A stretch of 63,448 nucleotides of DNA, the filler included, from Octopus bimaculoides (lineage: Eukaryota): NCBI RefSeq assembly GCF_001194135.2. It is 10 parts of 9 records of this genome, joined end to end, with 100 filler letters (N's around TTAATTAATTAA, not from the genome) between each part and the next. Parts side by side here need not be neighbours in the genome. Positions count along the whole stretch, not along the records: positions 30,290 to 42,560 come from NC_068988.1; positions 42,661 to 52,716 come from NC_068988.1; 8 more parts are not named here. One strand, 5' to 3'. Under the pieces are notes generated by a model, which was not told where the DNA came from, did no database searches, and was given only the letters and a program-made list of their open reading frames with translations. The position numbers and the translations under genes are program-made. Below are positions 37,455 through 50,070 of this stretch, piece by piece. Within the stretch, counting starts at the first letter, position 1. Each line of letters opens with the position of its first letter.

Positions 37455-37929
37455 TTAACTCTTTTGCTACCAAATTTCTCTTGAAATGCACAACCACTGT
37501 TTTAATTCATTTTGAAAATTAACATAGTAGTTAGTAAAATAGATTTGTCAAAATTATTGCAAAGGGGGCGAGCTGACAGAATCATTTGCATGCCAGGCAA
37601 GATGATTAGCAGCATTTCATCCATTTTTATATTCTGAGTTAAAATTCCGCCAAGGTTGACTTTGTCTTTTGTCCTTTCAAGGATCGATAAAATAAGTGAC
37701 AGTTGAGCACTGGGGTCGATGCAATCACTTATCTCCCTTCCCTGAAATCGCTGGCCTTGAGCCAAAATTTGAAACCAATATTAAACTGGTGCTTGGAACA
37801 TAAATTAGCATAGAATTTTGACGGAAGGTTTTAATTTAGATCACTTTAAAACAATTTTCTTTTCTTTTTTTTTTCTTTTTTGTCATAGAACCAAGGTAGT
37901 TTTGGGTGGGTTGGTATTAAAAGGCTTAA
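37455..37929 (+). mobile_element. TTAA-flanked (piggyBac/Kolobok-like) MITE interrupted by a SINE family A copy (37563-37778)
   Basis: Begins ttaactcttttgctacc and ends ggtattaaaaggcttaa; body shared with 41573-41760 and 46575-46797. Confidence 0.7.
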
Positions 37930-38294
37930 GGGAGATTTGGCTACTATTTCTTGTAGGTTGAGCTACTGCATGAGGCTCCCTTTTAGGTTTATCCTAATTT
38001 TGGTTGCTATGTCTGGTGTGGCAGTGTGCCTAACAATTTACAACAGTAAATTCATTGTCAATTTGCCTGGAAATGTGCAGCTATTGATTGCACTTGCTAC
38101 ATAATATTGGCTTGTCTGATCCTCTACACCAAACATGGTTCTGTATTTTCAGTTTGTTTTTTTTTTTGCTGTTTGTTTGTTTTTATCTTTTGTTTTCATT
38201 GATTGTGGCACAGTATTTTTTCAGCCTGGAATCAACACCTTAATCTTTGTCATTTACAATCATATAGTCTCTAAATTAAGTCACTTCAGCCTTC

Positions 38295-38475
38295 ACAACC
38301 AACCACCACTACCACAACCACAACCGCCACTGCCACCACCACAACCACAACCACCACTACCACAACCACAACANNNNNNNNNNAACCACCACTACCACAA
38401 CCACAACCGCCACTGCCACCACCACAACCACAACCACCACTACCACAACCACAACAGCCACTGCCACCACCACTT
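38295..38475. repeat. (ACC/ACA)n low complexity
   Basis: Directly visible. Confidence 0.9.
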
Positions 38476-38689
38476 CCACCTATACTACTCCTGACACTTC
38501 TAGGTTTATAATTCTTTTTTGTAGCTTCTTTCAACATAGATTTTTAACTGTTCAGTTAGAAGTAGTGGGGGGGGGGACTACTATGGCAATGATGGTCACA
38601 ATAACTACACTTACACCCTATCCAAGAAACAAAGTCTTTTGTTTTCCAAGCTTACATAGGTTGGAATGTCTTCTATCATACAGAATCTG

Positions 38690-39200
38690 TCCCTATTAGT
38701 TGCTATTCCTTTATCATCTCCTTCATGAGATTGAGTTTGTTGAGGTCAGCCTTCACCACTTTGTTCCATGTCTTCCTTCTTATTCCTCTCCTACTTGGCA
38801 CTTCTGCTCTCATCTCCCATGTGAATCACATGTCTATTCCACCTCAGTCTTCTTTCTTGTACACTGCATCTCATTCCCCCTACACCCAGTGTATCCCTCA
38901 GCTCATTTATGCTCCATCTTTCATTTACACTAACATTACACATCCAACAGAGCATGCTCACTTTGCTCTTTTCCAGCCTTTTGCCCATCCACTCTCATTG
39001 TCTATGTTATGTTACCTTGCAACACTACAGTCTGCATATCCTCATCATATCCTTCACTTACAGAGAGAATTCCTTTGTTGCCAACAAAGATGATGGCTCC
39101 CATAACTTCCTCTACTCAATTCTTACTTTGACTATGCTTCTGGAACACCTTCCTTCACAGCTTATTAGGTCATCTAGGTAACAGAAGCTAACAACTTCTT
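38690..39200 (-). mobile_element. RTE-clade LINE 3' fragment
   Basis: ORF 38791..38988: MLCWMCNVSVNERWSINELRDTLG...QERRLRWNRHV. Confidence 0.8.
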
Positions 39201-39959
39201 GAGAGCCCTATGAGCATTCAAAACAACTTATTTCATGGGTGTTATTACTGCTCACTATTCTTGTACATCTGCTGCATATAGGGTCCTTCTCTGTCACCCT
39301 ATCTCATATATATTCAATGTAGGGGTCTAACCTACACTTTTTATACACAGTGAGTATGACCATTTCCTAGATGGCAATGGAGTCCTATCTTTTTCCCTCC
39401 AAACTAAAACATTTGTTTTTGCTAAGTTTATTTTTAAAAAAACTCTCAGTTCTCAACTTTGCTTCCACATTTTAAATTTCTTCAGTTAGGGAAACTAGGC
39501 CATTGGTATATAAAAGTTACCATCGACTGCCAAATTAATACTTTTATATATATATAAATCTTATTATATTTTAATTAACCCAATGCTTATCCTGGGTATC
39601 ACATGTAACACACAGGACATATTTTCATGGCATCCATGCATCATATATGATACGCATTACACATTTTTTCAGCCACCAGAGTAACTTGGGACTTATGAAA
39701 GGAAAGCTTTATATTACTCAGGACATATGAAAACAAAGGCTAACCAAAAGTCTGAAAATAAGCATAGACATTTAGGACAAACTCATGAAAATACTTTTGA
39801 CAGGCAAAGGGTTATTAGTGGTGATTATTTTTTTAACCTCAGTGAACTGAAGGATAAAAACATATCATTAGGACTCAATCTTAGAAAGCAGAGAAATGAA
39901 ATTAAATATTGTAATGTATATCTTTTAGCTTTATCTTTTATCTTTTACTTGTTTCACTC

Positions 39960-40320
39960 ATTACACTGCAGCCATGCAATAGCACTACCTTGAGGAATTT
40001 TAGTTGAACTAATCAACCCCAGTATTTACTTTCTTTTAAGAGTAATATGTATTCTTTCAATTTTTTTTGCCAGACCGCTAAGTTACAGAGACATAAATAC
40101 CAACACCAGTCACCAGTCGGTGGTGGGGTGCAAACACAGACACACAGACACACACACACACACACATGATGGGCTGTTTTAAGTTTCCGTCTACCAAATC
40201 CACTCACAAGGCTTAGGTCAGCCCAGGGCTATAGTAGAAGACACTTATCCAAGGTGCAATGCAGTGGGACTGAACCTGGAACCATGTCGTTGGGAAGCAA
40301 ACTTCTTACCACACAGCTGT
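39960..40320 (-). mobile_element. SINE family B, near full length
   Basis: ctgcagccatgcaatagcactaccttgagg...gtttccgtctaccaaatccactcacaaggc...gctatagtagaagacacttatccaagg...gggactgaacctggaaccatg. Confidence 0.85.
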
Positions 40321-40597
40321 CACCTAAATTGTTATTGTTGTTTAGCCCTTGGTCAGCCTAGATACAGCAGACTTATTATCAAAGGTGTTCTCTTTGTGAC
40401 CATCTAAGACCAAATTATCCTACGTCTCCTTCCTCTTTTTAAAGACAGGAAGGTGTGATTTGTTTGCTACTTCCTGCAGGTTCAGCAGCTGTTTAGAAGG
40501 TCCGTTGTTACCTCCTTTCATGTATATAACCTGATACTGTACTGATTCTATCATTTCAGTGATGTTGTAGTTCCATTCTAATTTTGCAACAACAGCA

Positions 40598-40627
40598 ATG
40601 TCCTCACATCGTACGACACATTTACTG
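40598..40627 (+). CDS. Candidate first coding exon of an unidentified host gene (MSSHRTTHLL)
   Basis: Acceptor ttctatcatttcag at 40559, ATG in aacagcaATG context, donor ctg|gtatag, phase 0 fits the next exon. CpGs are retained in an otherwise CpG-poor region. Hand prediction only. Confidence 0.4.
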
Positions 40628-41088
40628 GTATAGTATTTTTATTTTGTCACTTAAATCTTCTCAATAGTTGTACTAAATACAGTTATTTAGTACAATAGTA
40701 CTAAATAGTTGTATCTAATACAGCTATACTTCATAGTTATACTTAATACAGCACTCACTAAAGTTACACTCACTAAATAAACTGCACTCACTAAAGCTGC
40801 ACTTGTACTGCTATAAGAAAGGCAATCATTGGACAAGTAACTAGACTTTTACTCCAGGTGGGGTTTCATTAATCTTAGTGGGAGAGGCTCATATTTTTAT
40901 GACAGTAATGTTTTGATATATTTGTTTACTATATAATAAAGCTTTTATAATAGCAATGTTTTAATATACATGTTTATTTTACAGTACATTATGAAAATTA
41001 ATTTATTTCTAAAATTAAAATATCTGAATACAAGTTTATAAATTGATTTATACCCATATCCATGTCCATTGTTTTCTTGCTTTCAAAG

Positions 41089-41152
41089 AGGCCAAGAGAA
41101 AATGACTTTACATTATTGAAGCAAGGATCAGCACTGAGATCTGTCAATTCTG
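41089..41152 (+). CDS. Candidate exon (RPRENDFTLLKQGSALRSVNS) with GC donor
   Basis: Acceptor gttttcttgctttcaaag|; only one open frame; donor tctg|gcaagt; phase 0 in, phase 1 out. Confidence 0.45.
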
Positions 41153-41572
41153 GCAAGTATTAAAATAACAACTCAGACATTACAATGAAACATGAAATGT
41201 AGCCAAGATAGCTAAAAGCTTGCAGGAGTCTTGAAATGTTTTTCTTTGCTGAAAAACAGCCTCAAGAATATAAGTCATTGTTGTTGATATTTCTCCCATT
41301 CAACAACAAAAAAAAAAAAAAAAAAAAGAAAGAAAGAAAATTTGTTTATTGCTTGCTATTCCTTCTGGTGATAGATGCTTCATTCCAAGGCTAGTCAATG
41401 GCAGAAGAGACTTCAAATTAAAGACATTTTCTGAAGTAACAGATAAAGTAGCATGATAAAGGCCATTACAATCTACAAATCACATTAAAATTTTCTTCAT
41501 TGTCTCAATCATCTAACACAAAAAAAGATTATCGAAGAATTGTTTCATCATTAGTAGCATGTCTTGTTTCTG

Positions 41573-41760
41573 TTAACTCTTTTGTTACCATATTTCTACT
41601 GAAAATACTGAATAATTTAGTAAAGAAACTTTGTAATTATTAAGCTGTTTGCTACATTTAATCAACATGAAATACTTATAAAAGGTTTTGACTTAAATCA
41701 TTTTAAAACATGAATTTTGTATCATAGAACAAGTGGCAATCTCAGTTAAAATGGTACTAG
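41573..41760 (+). mobile_element. TTAA-type MITE, partial
   Basis: ttaactctttttgttaccatatttctactg...ttttgtatcatagaac shared with 37455-37929. Confidence 0.65.
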
Positions 41761-41840
41761 TATAATACATGTTGTGCAATGTACATTTACTTAGGTCTTG
41801 TAAAACCAGCATCAGGAATAACTTGATTATATAATATTTC

Positions 41841-42058
41841 AAGATGGTAAGCTGGCAGGATCATTAGCACACTGGATGCAATGTTTACAGCATTTCATCT
41901 GTCTTTACGTTCTGAGTTCAAATTCCACCAGGGTCAACTTTGCCTTTCATCCTTTCGGGGTCAATAAAATAAGTACCAGTCAAGCACTGGAGTTGATGTA
42001 GTCAACTAGTCCCCTCCCTTGAAATTTCAAGCCTTGTAGCTATAGTAGAGAGGGTTAT
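41841..42058 (+). mobile_element. SINE family A, full length, strongly CpG-decayed
   Basis: ggtaagctggcaggatcattag...gagttcaaattccaccagggtcaactttgcctttcatcctttcggggtcaataaaataagtaccag. Confidence 0.88.
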
Positions 42059-42131
42059 ATAACATTTATTCAACTTTTTCTTCCATTCCTTTGGCGATTT
42101 CCATTTTCTTAATATATTTCTGTATGAACAG

Positions 42132-42239
42132 CTGAAATCAGTTTTATGGCCACAATAAGTCCTAGTTCCATTGACAGTTGTAGTTTATCAACAGGTGGAA
42201 TTAGGCCAAGAATTCTTTGTGATCTTGATGCTAGACAAG
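42132..42239 (+). CDS. Candidate exon ((A)EISFMATISPSSIDSCSLSTGGIRPRILCDLDARQ)
   Basis: Long T-rich tract ending tgtatgaacag|; 108 nt open in phase 1, matching the preceding exon; donor caag|gttaat. Confidence 0.45.
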
Positions 42240-42660
42240 GTTAATTGGTAACCATTACCTTCTGTATCTGTGTCACCATCCATATCCATTGTCCTATTGT
42301 TTCTCACACTTATTAAAGTAACAATAATTCCTTTATATTCAGATAAGGTGATCTTAGTTGTTTCAAGGTGTCCTGACCTATTATTGATCTAAAAGTCATT
42401 TTAAACTCTTTTCTTTGTATGTAGCGGCAATTTTCATAAAACATCATATATTGATTTGTATTGATCTCTTTGATTCTTAACTGAATCAACAATCAACAAA
42501 TGTAATCAGAGATTAAAACAATGTAAATATGATATATATAAATATATATATATATATATANNNNNNNNNNNNNNNNNNNNNNNNNNNNNNNNNNNNNNNN
42601 NNNNTTAATTAATTAANNNNNNNNNNNNNNNNNNNNNNNNNNNNNNNNNNNNNNNNNNNN

Positions 42661-42923
42661 TGGAGTCTAAAAACAAACAATTCCTATCATAGTAGGTGCC
42701 TTAGGTATAATAAAAAATATTCAGACAAATACATAACAAAAACACCAGGACTTACAAATATATATAACATACAGAAAATTGCACTACTGGGTACTGCACA
42801 CATTCTACGCAAAACACTTTCAATACAGTAAACATAAGAGCACCACAGCAAACCACAGCACATACCCAAGGCGAACATACCCAAGTGAAATGAAATCACG
42901 TTATAAAAATAAAACTACTGAAC
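42661..42923 (+). mobile_element. Dong/R4-clade non-LTR retrotransposon 3' end
   Basis: Translates ...IPIIVGALG...KYITKTPGLTNIYNIQKIALLGTAHILRKTLSIQ* (stop 42829-42831), the R4/Dong C-terminal signature; short 3' UTR then (TAA)n. Confidence 0.85.
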
Positions 42924-43011
<88 letters not shown>

Positions 43012-43045
43012 TAATAATAATAATAAAATAATAATAATAATAATC
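42924..43045. repeat. (TAA)n microsatellite
   Basis: Directly visible; another long (ATA/ATG)n run at about 37205-37295. Confidence 0.95.
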
Positions 43046-43140
43046 CTTTTTATTATAAGCACAATGTCTGAAAGGTATGGGGTAGGGAGTTCGTCGATTA
43101 CATCGACGCCAGTACTTAACTCGTACTAATTTTCGTGATC
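43040..43140 (-). mobile_element. SINE family A 3' fragment
   Basis: aatcctttttattataagcacaa...tcgattacatcgacgccagtacttaactcgtact. Confidence 0.7.
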
Positions 43141-43169
43141 CTTCAACAGGAAACCTCACTCTCTGATCT

Positions 43170-43510
43170 CGTGGTCGCTGCGGAAGCTAGGTTTTGAAGA
43201 ATGACTTGTCAGAACTGTTCAAGCTATGTTCAGAGAAATGTCACTAAGGTGATAATTAGGAATAATTACAGCAAGGACTTTAGAGTGCAGCTATCAATCC
43301 TATCCTGTTTATTATAGTGCTTCATAATATAACAGAGGAATTTAAAACCTTGTTACCCTTGGAAACTAGAATATGCTAATGATCTTGTTTTTAGAGCAGA
43401 TTCCGTGGCAAAATTAACAAAGAAATTCCAGGTGTAGAAGCAAATACTGGAAAGAAAAAGCCTTGAATTTAACTTGACAATAATCAAAGATCTAGCAAGC
43501 TGGAAATCAG
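43170..43510 (+). mobile_element. RTE-clade LINE RT core fragment
   Basis: Translates INPILFIIVL...EEFK...WKLEYANDLV...ILERKSLEFNL, a decayed PWEL.YADDL...LE.KGL..N motif. Confidence 0.75.
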
Positions 43511-43559
43511 ATAGTACTCTGATTCCTTAAGTAAAATTAACCCGGTTCGATAGGTAGAA

Positions 43560-44200
43560 AATGTGTTGATATTATTTCCGTATAGTGCACTTAGAACCAC
43601 TTCCTTTGTTCCCTATCTAGCATTCTCCGTGTTGTCTCTTACCATGTTTTTTTTTAATGAACGCCTTTCCCAGGGACACCTACACATATCAGCCATCGAC
43701 GACTCCTTTGTCATTCACTATATATACCGTTGCGTACCATTGTGTACCTCTGCCTTCCATCTCTGTCACTGTATATGTATCTCTCTTATTCTCCACACTC
43801 CACGTCAGCTCACTCTTTATTATCATCTATCTACGATTTTATTACACTGTTGCTCCTCTCACCACCTATATGTACTGCCACCTATCACATCTTGCTCCTT
43901 GACCCACTCCTATTTAGCTTCCCACAAGCTGAGATTCACCATTAACTGCACATCACTCATGTTCACTATTCATTACATTCGCTTCTCTTTTTATCTAAGC
44001 CAATCTGTCACACGCTTTTTACACTTTCGCAGACCTACTGAACCACCAATCTGTCCGTGACCATTTGACCATATTCTCTGTAATATACACTTTCATGTAC
44101 CATAAGGGTAAGATATAAGGGTAAGATCTGATACTCCATCTCCCCCATCATTTCTCCATTTCTAACTGGGCTACCCATGTATTTCCTCTACAGCAATACG
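43560..44200 (-). mobile_element. Probable heavily decayed RTE fragment
   Basis: CT-rich plus strand typical of antisense RTE coding sequence; only weak motif recognition. Confidence 0.3.
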
Positions 44201-44319
44201 TCTGTGTCAGTCTGCTATCTTATCATTTCAGTATTTCAACACCTATCACAGAACCAGATCTTTCAACAATGCGCTACCACACGCTCGAATGGCCTTGTCT
44301 TGTGAGTTACTTGGTGACA

Positions 44320-44510
44320 TGACTAGCGTCTTGAAAGAAGCACCCAGAACACTTTGTAAAATGGTTGACATTAGAAAGAGTATCCCGTTGTAGAAATAAT
44401 GCCAAAACAGACATCGGAGCTCAGTGCATTTCTCTGGCTTGTTTGGAGCTTGTCGAGATGTTCAATCTATGCTAACATGAAATACGGATGTTAAATGAAG
44501 ATAATGATTA
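44320..44510 (+). mobile_element. RTE-tailed SINE family E, decayed
   Basis: aagcacccagaacactttgtaaaatggttgacattagaaagagtatcccgttgtagaaa...atgctaacatgaaatacggatgttaaatgaag. Confidence 0.7.
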
Positions 44511-46574
44511 TTATGATAACGTTAAGCAACAGTGATAGCAAATCTACTCACATAGCTTTGATCAGGCTGAATTAAAGTGGACATCATTTACCCTGACCCA
44601 GGTGTCATACAGTGCGACTGAACCCAATGCCTAATGGTTGTCAAGCAGTCATATTTTTTAAAATCAAGTCGGCAGCATCTGAACTCACGTAAACTACACA
44701 GGCTATACTTACACTTCCGAATGCGTACTCACACGCACACGCACACGCACGCACAACTCACTATGAGACCATAGCTTCCACTGGCAAATGTGTTTGACGT
44801 GCTAGCATGTATCTTGGTTTTGCTAATTGTTCTTGATTACCTATGTAACCATTAGCTGACATAGATACATAGAGAGTCTCAGACTTCCCACTCTTGTATC
44901 AATGGAGCGTCGAAGATATGGCTGTTGGAAGGGAGAGAGATGGAAGCCTGAGCATTGCCCTCGCACTCATTCTCAGCTGATTAAACTGGAGCAATGTGAA
45001 ATGAAGTTGCCCAAGTAAATGGTGCACCACCCACATACGCACACTCACACACACATAAGCTTTTATGTACATCGGTGTTAATACTTTGTGGTAATTCCGT
45101 CCTTATAAAGACGTTACTGAATAAATAGCTGAACTTAGTTATTCAATATCTAGAAATCAATAAAATATCTACCTGATTGGGTATGTTATACCGTTTGTAT
45201 CGTGCATAAAACACGCTAATTATATTCTTAAATATATCATAATATTGCATTGCACCTGATGTGGCTATATTACAGATGGGAGACTGAGCGTTGTTGGCTA
45301 GGGAGCCGAATAATCTTAAGTTCACTAAGCCCAAATGATACTAATAATAAAATATTGAACATCAAACCAAATATTAATCTTCTTGCACAAACTTACAAAA
45401 TATTGTTTATACTACGTCGGTAGTTATGTGGAGAGGTTACATCATCTCGTTATATCACCTTCCCTAGCATGCATAATCAACTCCTGGCATATGTCTTACT
45501 TTATTTAATGAATGAGTTACCTTTAAGAGAAATTGTGTGAATAAATTAAATGAAAATTCTCCCAGACAAGTAAAAACGATGTTAAACTTTCATCTACCTC
45601 TCAGCTATTTGCAATAAGTGGATGAGAACGAAACTGCAAAATTGTAACAGATGAGCAGGTGGGTGGCTGATCATGTTAACCTAAAAAGTCCTAGCTAAAC
45701 ATACGAGTTGTATATGCTACATGGCAATTCTCTTGACCAAAATATAAACAAACATATAGTTGATCTAAAAGAAATGACAATTGAAATACATATTCGCATA
45801 ACGTAGTTTATTGATAATGAATTTATGATTTCAAACTTTAGTTCATATACTGTCGCAGTTGTGTACTTACATGTCCGGAACCATTTTTATGAAGAAAACC
45901 GCTTTAAAATATGTTTCAATAAGTATATGAAGATACGTAGTAAACTGTTATCCACAAAATATGTTTGTAAAATAGAGGTGCGCTTTATACATCGACAATT
46001 TTGGGAATTAACTAATAGCTCTGGAGGTGATATACCAGAATGGTCAAAGCCCAATATCAGTAGCTAGGAAAAGAATGAACATTACTGAATTTGTCTTAGT
46101 TTGACAGTGCCATAGTTTCTCAAACACGATAGACTGATCTACATCTATTATTCTTCTAGTAAAAGGAAAACTCTAGGCTTTGCTATTCAACAGAAAGTAA
46201 AGGAAAATGATCGACCTAGCTCTAGATTTTCCCTTCTTATCAATATTTTATGAGCTATTCTTTTGGTTAATTGCTACAGACTTCACCTGTCTCCTCAAAT
46301 CTAGACCCACCTTAAGTTCTTTGAAGAATTGTCCCACATACGAGTTAACATTGAAATGATATTAGTCATCGAGCTAATATTTTTCTTCTTACAGTTTTAG
46401 CATTATTAATAAATTAGTTGTAATTTTTTCAAACGTCTATTTCCCTCCATTAGGTGCAGATGTCACTGTTTGAAGACAGAAATCTGTTAATTCCTTTGCC
46501 AATTCTTTCAGATTGAAGTGGTTTTTCACTTTATTTTCGTTCATAGCTTGAGACTTCTTCAGGAATTCATTAGT

Positions 46575-46797
46575 TTAACTCTTGTAATACCAAAATATCT
46601 GATACTACCCCTGGTTCTATGATACAAACTTCCTGTTTTAAAGTATTTTAAATTTAAGAAAGGACTGCAAAATTTCATTTCATTTACGTTCCAATCGTCC
46701 ACTTACAATGTTAATCTACTAAATTTTCCTTATTTTCAAAATTAATTGATATAAAAGCGATTTATTAAAACAGTAATATATGTAGCAAAAGGGTTAA
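46575..46797 (-). mobile_element. TTAA-type MITE
   Basis: ttaactcttgtaatacc...ctggttctatgatacaaacttcctgttttaaag...tagcaaaagggttaa; TTAA at both ends. Confidence 0.7.
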
Positions 46798-48062
46798 ACA
46801 ATTAAATAGAAATTTACTTTCATCTGTCTCTCATTCATATTCTTAAACGTGATTTCCAACTTGTTCCGTTCAATTAGAATTCCATGTTTTCCACTTTCTT
46901 CAGAGCTCAAAACAATGATTATCGAACTTTTAGCCAAGATTGCTCAACTTATTACAGTAACCAGAATTATCAGAAACAAATGGTGAAAGTATATTTGATT
47001 ATGTTAGCATGAAATCCATCTAGGTAAATTTAAAAGAATTTTGATTTTTGAATTAGTATCAGAAATCGAAATATTTGTTTCCTGATTCTGATAACTCCTA
47101 AGTGTTAAATATATAAGATATGAGAGCTGAGATGTAATTATAGGAAAAGTGATTTAGAAAGCACTGAATCAAATATGGTAAGGTTAATTTTATTTAATTC
47201 GCTTTCAAATTTAAACTTTCCCATGAGGAGTTCTATCGAAACTGTTCTTATGGAAATTTAATTTATGACTGTACAGCATTTGGCAATAACATGAACATAG
47301 GTAATTATTTCAGCAATATAAGATTGCTATAGATTAATGGCACCTTTAAAGCTGATCAGAACTATATTAATCAATTTTCAATATCTATTTTTCTATTTTA
47401 ATTTGTGCCTTTACTTAGCATTTGAGAAAAGCACTTTTAATTTTAAATGCATTAGGATTATTTACACCAGTACAGCAATTTATATAGAAATACTTTGGTA
47501 CACAATACAGAACTGTCCAAGATTGTAGCTTACCTGTTAAATAGATAATGTGTTGTATTCTATACACATGTATTGCATTCAATACTGAGGAACTTAGCTT
47601 GTGGTTCTTTTAGCTGTAAATAGGTATCATAATGAAGTAGAGGCTACTGTTGTAAGCAGCAATGCAACTATATAACTGACATTTGAGTTAATATTTTTTA
47701 TCAGTAATAAAGACTAATTTTTATTTTACTCATTTTTGAAAGAAGAAAGCTACCAGTCGATTTGTCGTCAAGAAAATATCAGCAATTTTCCAGAAAGGCA
47801 CTAAATGTAAGGACTCACCCTAGTACAGATAGCTCTCTCTCTTCCATTCCATCTCTCTCACTCTCTCTCTCTCTCAGGCACACAAACGTGCTGTCTACGT
47901 AATACGTCCACACGATATTGATTGACCAGAATCTATGGTAAAGATACTTGCCTAAGGTCATATTTCTGTCATATGTATGTATGTATGTGTATATATGTGT
48001 GTGGGCATATTTATTTATTTATTTATCTATCTATCTATAAATGTGCGAGGATGTATGTGTCC

Positions 48063-48108
<46 letters not shown>

Positions 48109-48289
48109 GCACACACATACACACACACACACACACATATATATGGTGGTATTCTATTCCTTATGAAGAGTTTGACCACCTCCTGTACTTACACTTTAGA
48201 GCTCATCATGGCGTCTGGTGTGGGTTTTTTTTAAACCAGACAACGTATTGAAAAGACACCCACATAGATTACATATCCGATTTGGACCA

Positions 48290-48560
48290 CCAAGTGCTGC
48301 AGTTAAGTGCATGAAGATGATAGAAAAAAATTGAACACCTTCCAGTTATAGAGGAGATGGCATTTGAATCTACTCTAAATGACATTTATTTAGCAGTGAA
48401 TAAGCTGTATAATAATAAGTCTCCAGAGTCTGATGGAATCTGCGCAGAGCTCTAGAAATATGGGGATGACAAAATGTTTGAACACACAAGATATTGGCTG
48501 AGCTGAGGCTAGAATAAAGATACTTCTCTAATGTTCCATGCATTGGGACCGAACATGAAT
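48290..48560 (+). mobile_element. RTE-clade LINE fragment, RT N-terminal part
   Basis: Translates ...LNDIYLAVNKLYNNKSPESDGICAEL*KYG..., a decayed KSPG.DGI.AEL.K.G motif. Confidence 0.7.
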
Positions 48561-48715
48561 GCATGCGAGTGTGAATGAGACTAGTTAATCAAACCAACAT
48601 CCTTATACCTGAATATAAAAAAAAACATAGAAAAACATACAAATAAGAGTACTATCATCTGTGAGTGTCTGTGTGTGAGTGAGTGTTTGAGAGTGAGGAG
48701 GAGAGAGAAAGCTGG

Positions 48716-50070
48716 TTCCAGAGGCGTCCTATGTGATTCTTTCCAATTTTCTTGTTGCTGTTGGTGGTGATGGTGATGCCGGAGTTACTGGGGCTGTTGC
48801 TGTCTCACCTGCTTTCGTTGATGTCATATCTGATGGTCTTATTCGTTTCGCAGCTACTCCTGCAATTGTTGGTGTTGCTGTTGTATTAGTAGCTGACAGT
48901 ATCTTAGATGTTCCAGTTGTCTCTGTTGTTTTTGAAGGTGAGGTTGTAACTGTGATATATTGCCTTGGTTGTTACTGTTATTGAGGTAGTATAGGTATTA
49001 GGAATGGCTTCGTGTCTCCTATAGTTTTGGGCTAGAAGGCTCAGAGGTCGAAGTTTCTATGTGTTTGGGATTTACATGAAGCAGGATATATATGTTTATC
49101 CCGTACTAGTTCTTGCTGTTTAGTTTGACCCCAAGGTGTGTCTCCGGATCCTCTTATAGCACGCAGGCTACGACCTTCCAGGTGTTCACGCCAAGCAGAA
49201 CACCCGATATCCTTAGTATGACGGTTCTTCTTGAGAACTATGTCGGATACTGGACACACTTCTCATTCCTACGGGATGTCACCGAATGTTTTCACGTGAA
49301 ACCCTCACTTTTGAAGAGGACCTCGATACTGGCAAACTGCCTCCGCCCTTGCATATGGATTTCATCTTCCATAATGTCCTTCGAAGACTTCTCTACTCGA
49401 GTGATTGTGACGGGTTCGGTACGACAGCTCTGTCGTGAGACACATCTGGAATAAACTGGTTTCTTTTCTAGTTCTTCCATGATTTCAGGTGGCCCAAGTA
49501 CTGCTGCATTACTCATTCAAATCTAATAATTTGTTTTGCTCGATCCAATTCCTTAATTCTCCAACCAGAGCTCGTGGAAACATTTCTTTTTTCGCGCTAG
49601 CAATGCCAAAAAGCTTCTTGATTTGTTGTTCTTGACGCCGTTAAGTTTTACATTGGTTTTATTATTGCTGTTGTTGATGTTGTTGTTGTTGTTAGTGTCG
49701 GTGCTTTTTTTCTCTGGTGTCATTTTTCATATTGTCCTCAGCGTTGTTTTTGCTGTTCACCGTGTCCTTGTGCTTTTGTTATATTGCAGTTTGTTGTTGT
49801 TGCTGGTATTGGTGTTGCTGATGTTGCCGCTGCCACCACTATCACCCTTCGGCTCATCGTCTTTTAGGGGAATGAGTGACGGAATGAGTGTAAGAAGAAA
49901 GTCTTCGTTTGCAGAAAGGCTGTTGGGAGGAAAGGTTCTCTCCTCGAGGCTCGCATTATAGAGCTGATGACGCCATTTTGTATATGTATTGTTTTTATAT
50001 GAGACGGGAGTTTTATGAAGGTGAAATATTGCCCCTTACGGGGTAAAAACAAACACGAAACACCAGCCAA
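48716..50070 (-). mobile_element. Decayed L1/Tx1-like ORF1 (gag-like) relic without ORF2
   Basis: One frame continues through several stops: ...QGRRQFASIEVLFKSEGFT*KHSVTSRRNEKCVQYPT*FSRRTVILRISGV...; N-terminal Asn-rich and C-terminal Thr/Pro-rich stretches. Assignment from recalled similarity to LINE ORF1 proteins. Confidence 0.55.

Noticed and set aside
45605-45658. Good acceptor and donor pair (cag|...gcag|gtgggt)
   Set aside because: Stops in all three frames; at most a non-coding exon.
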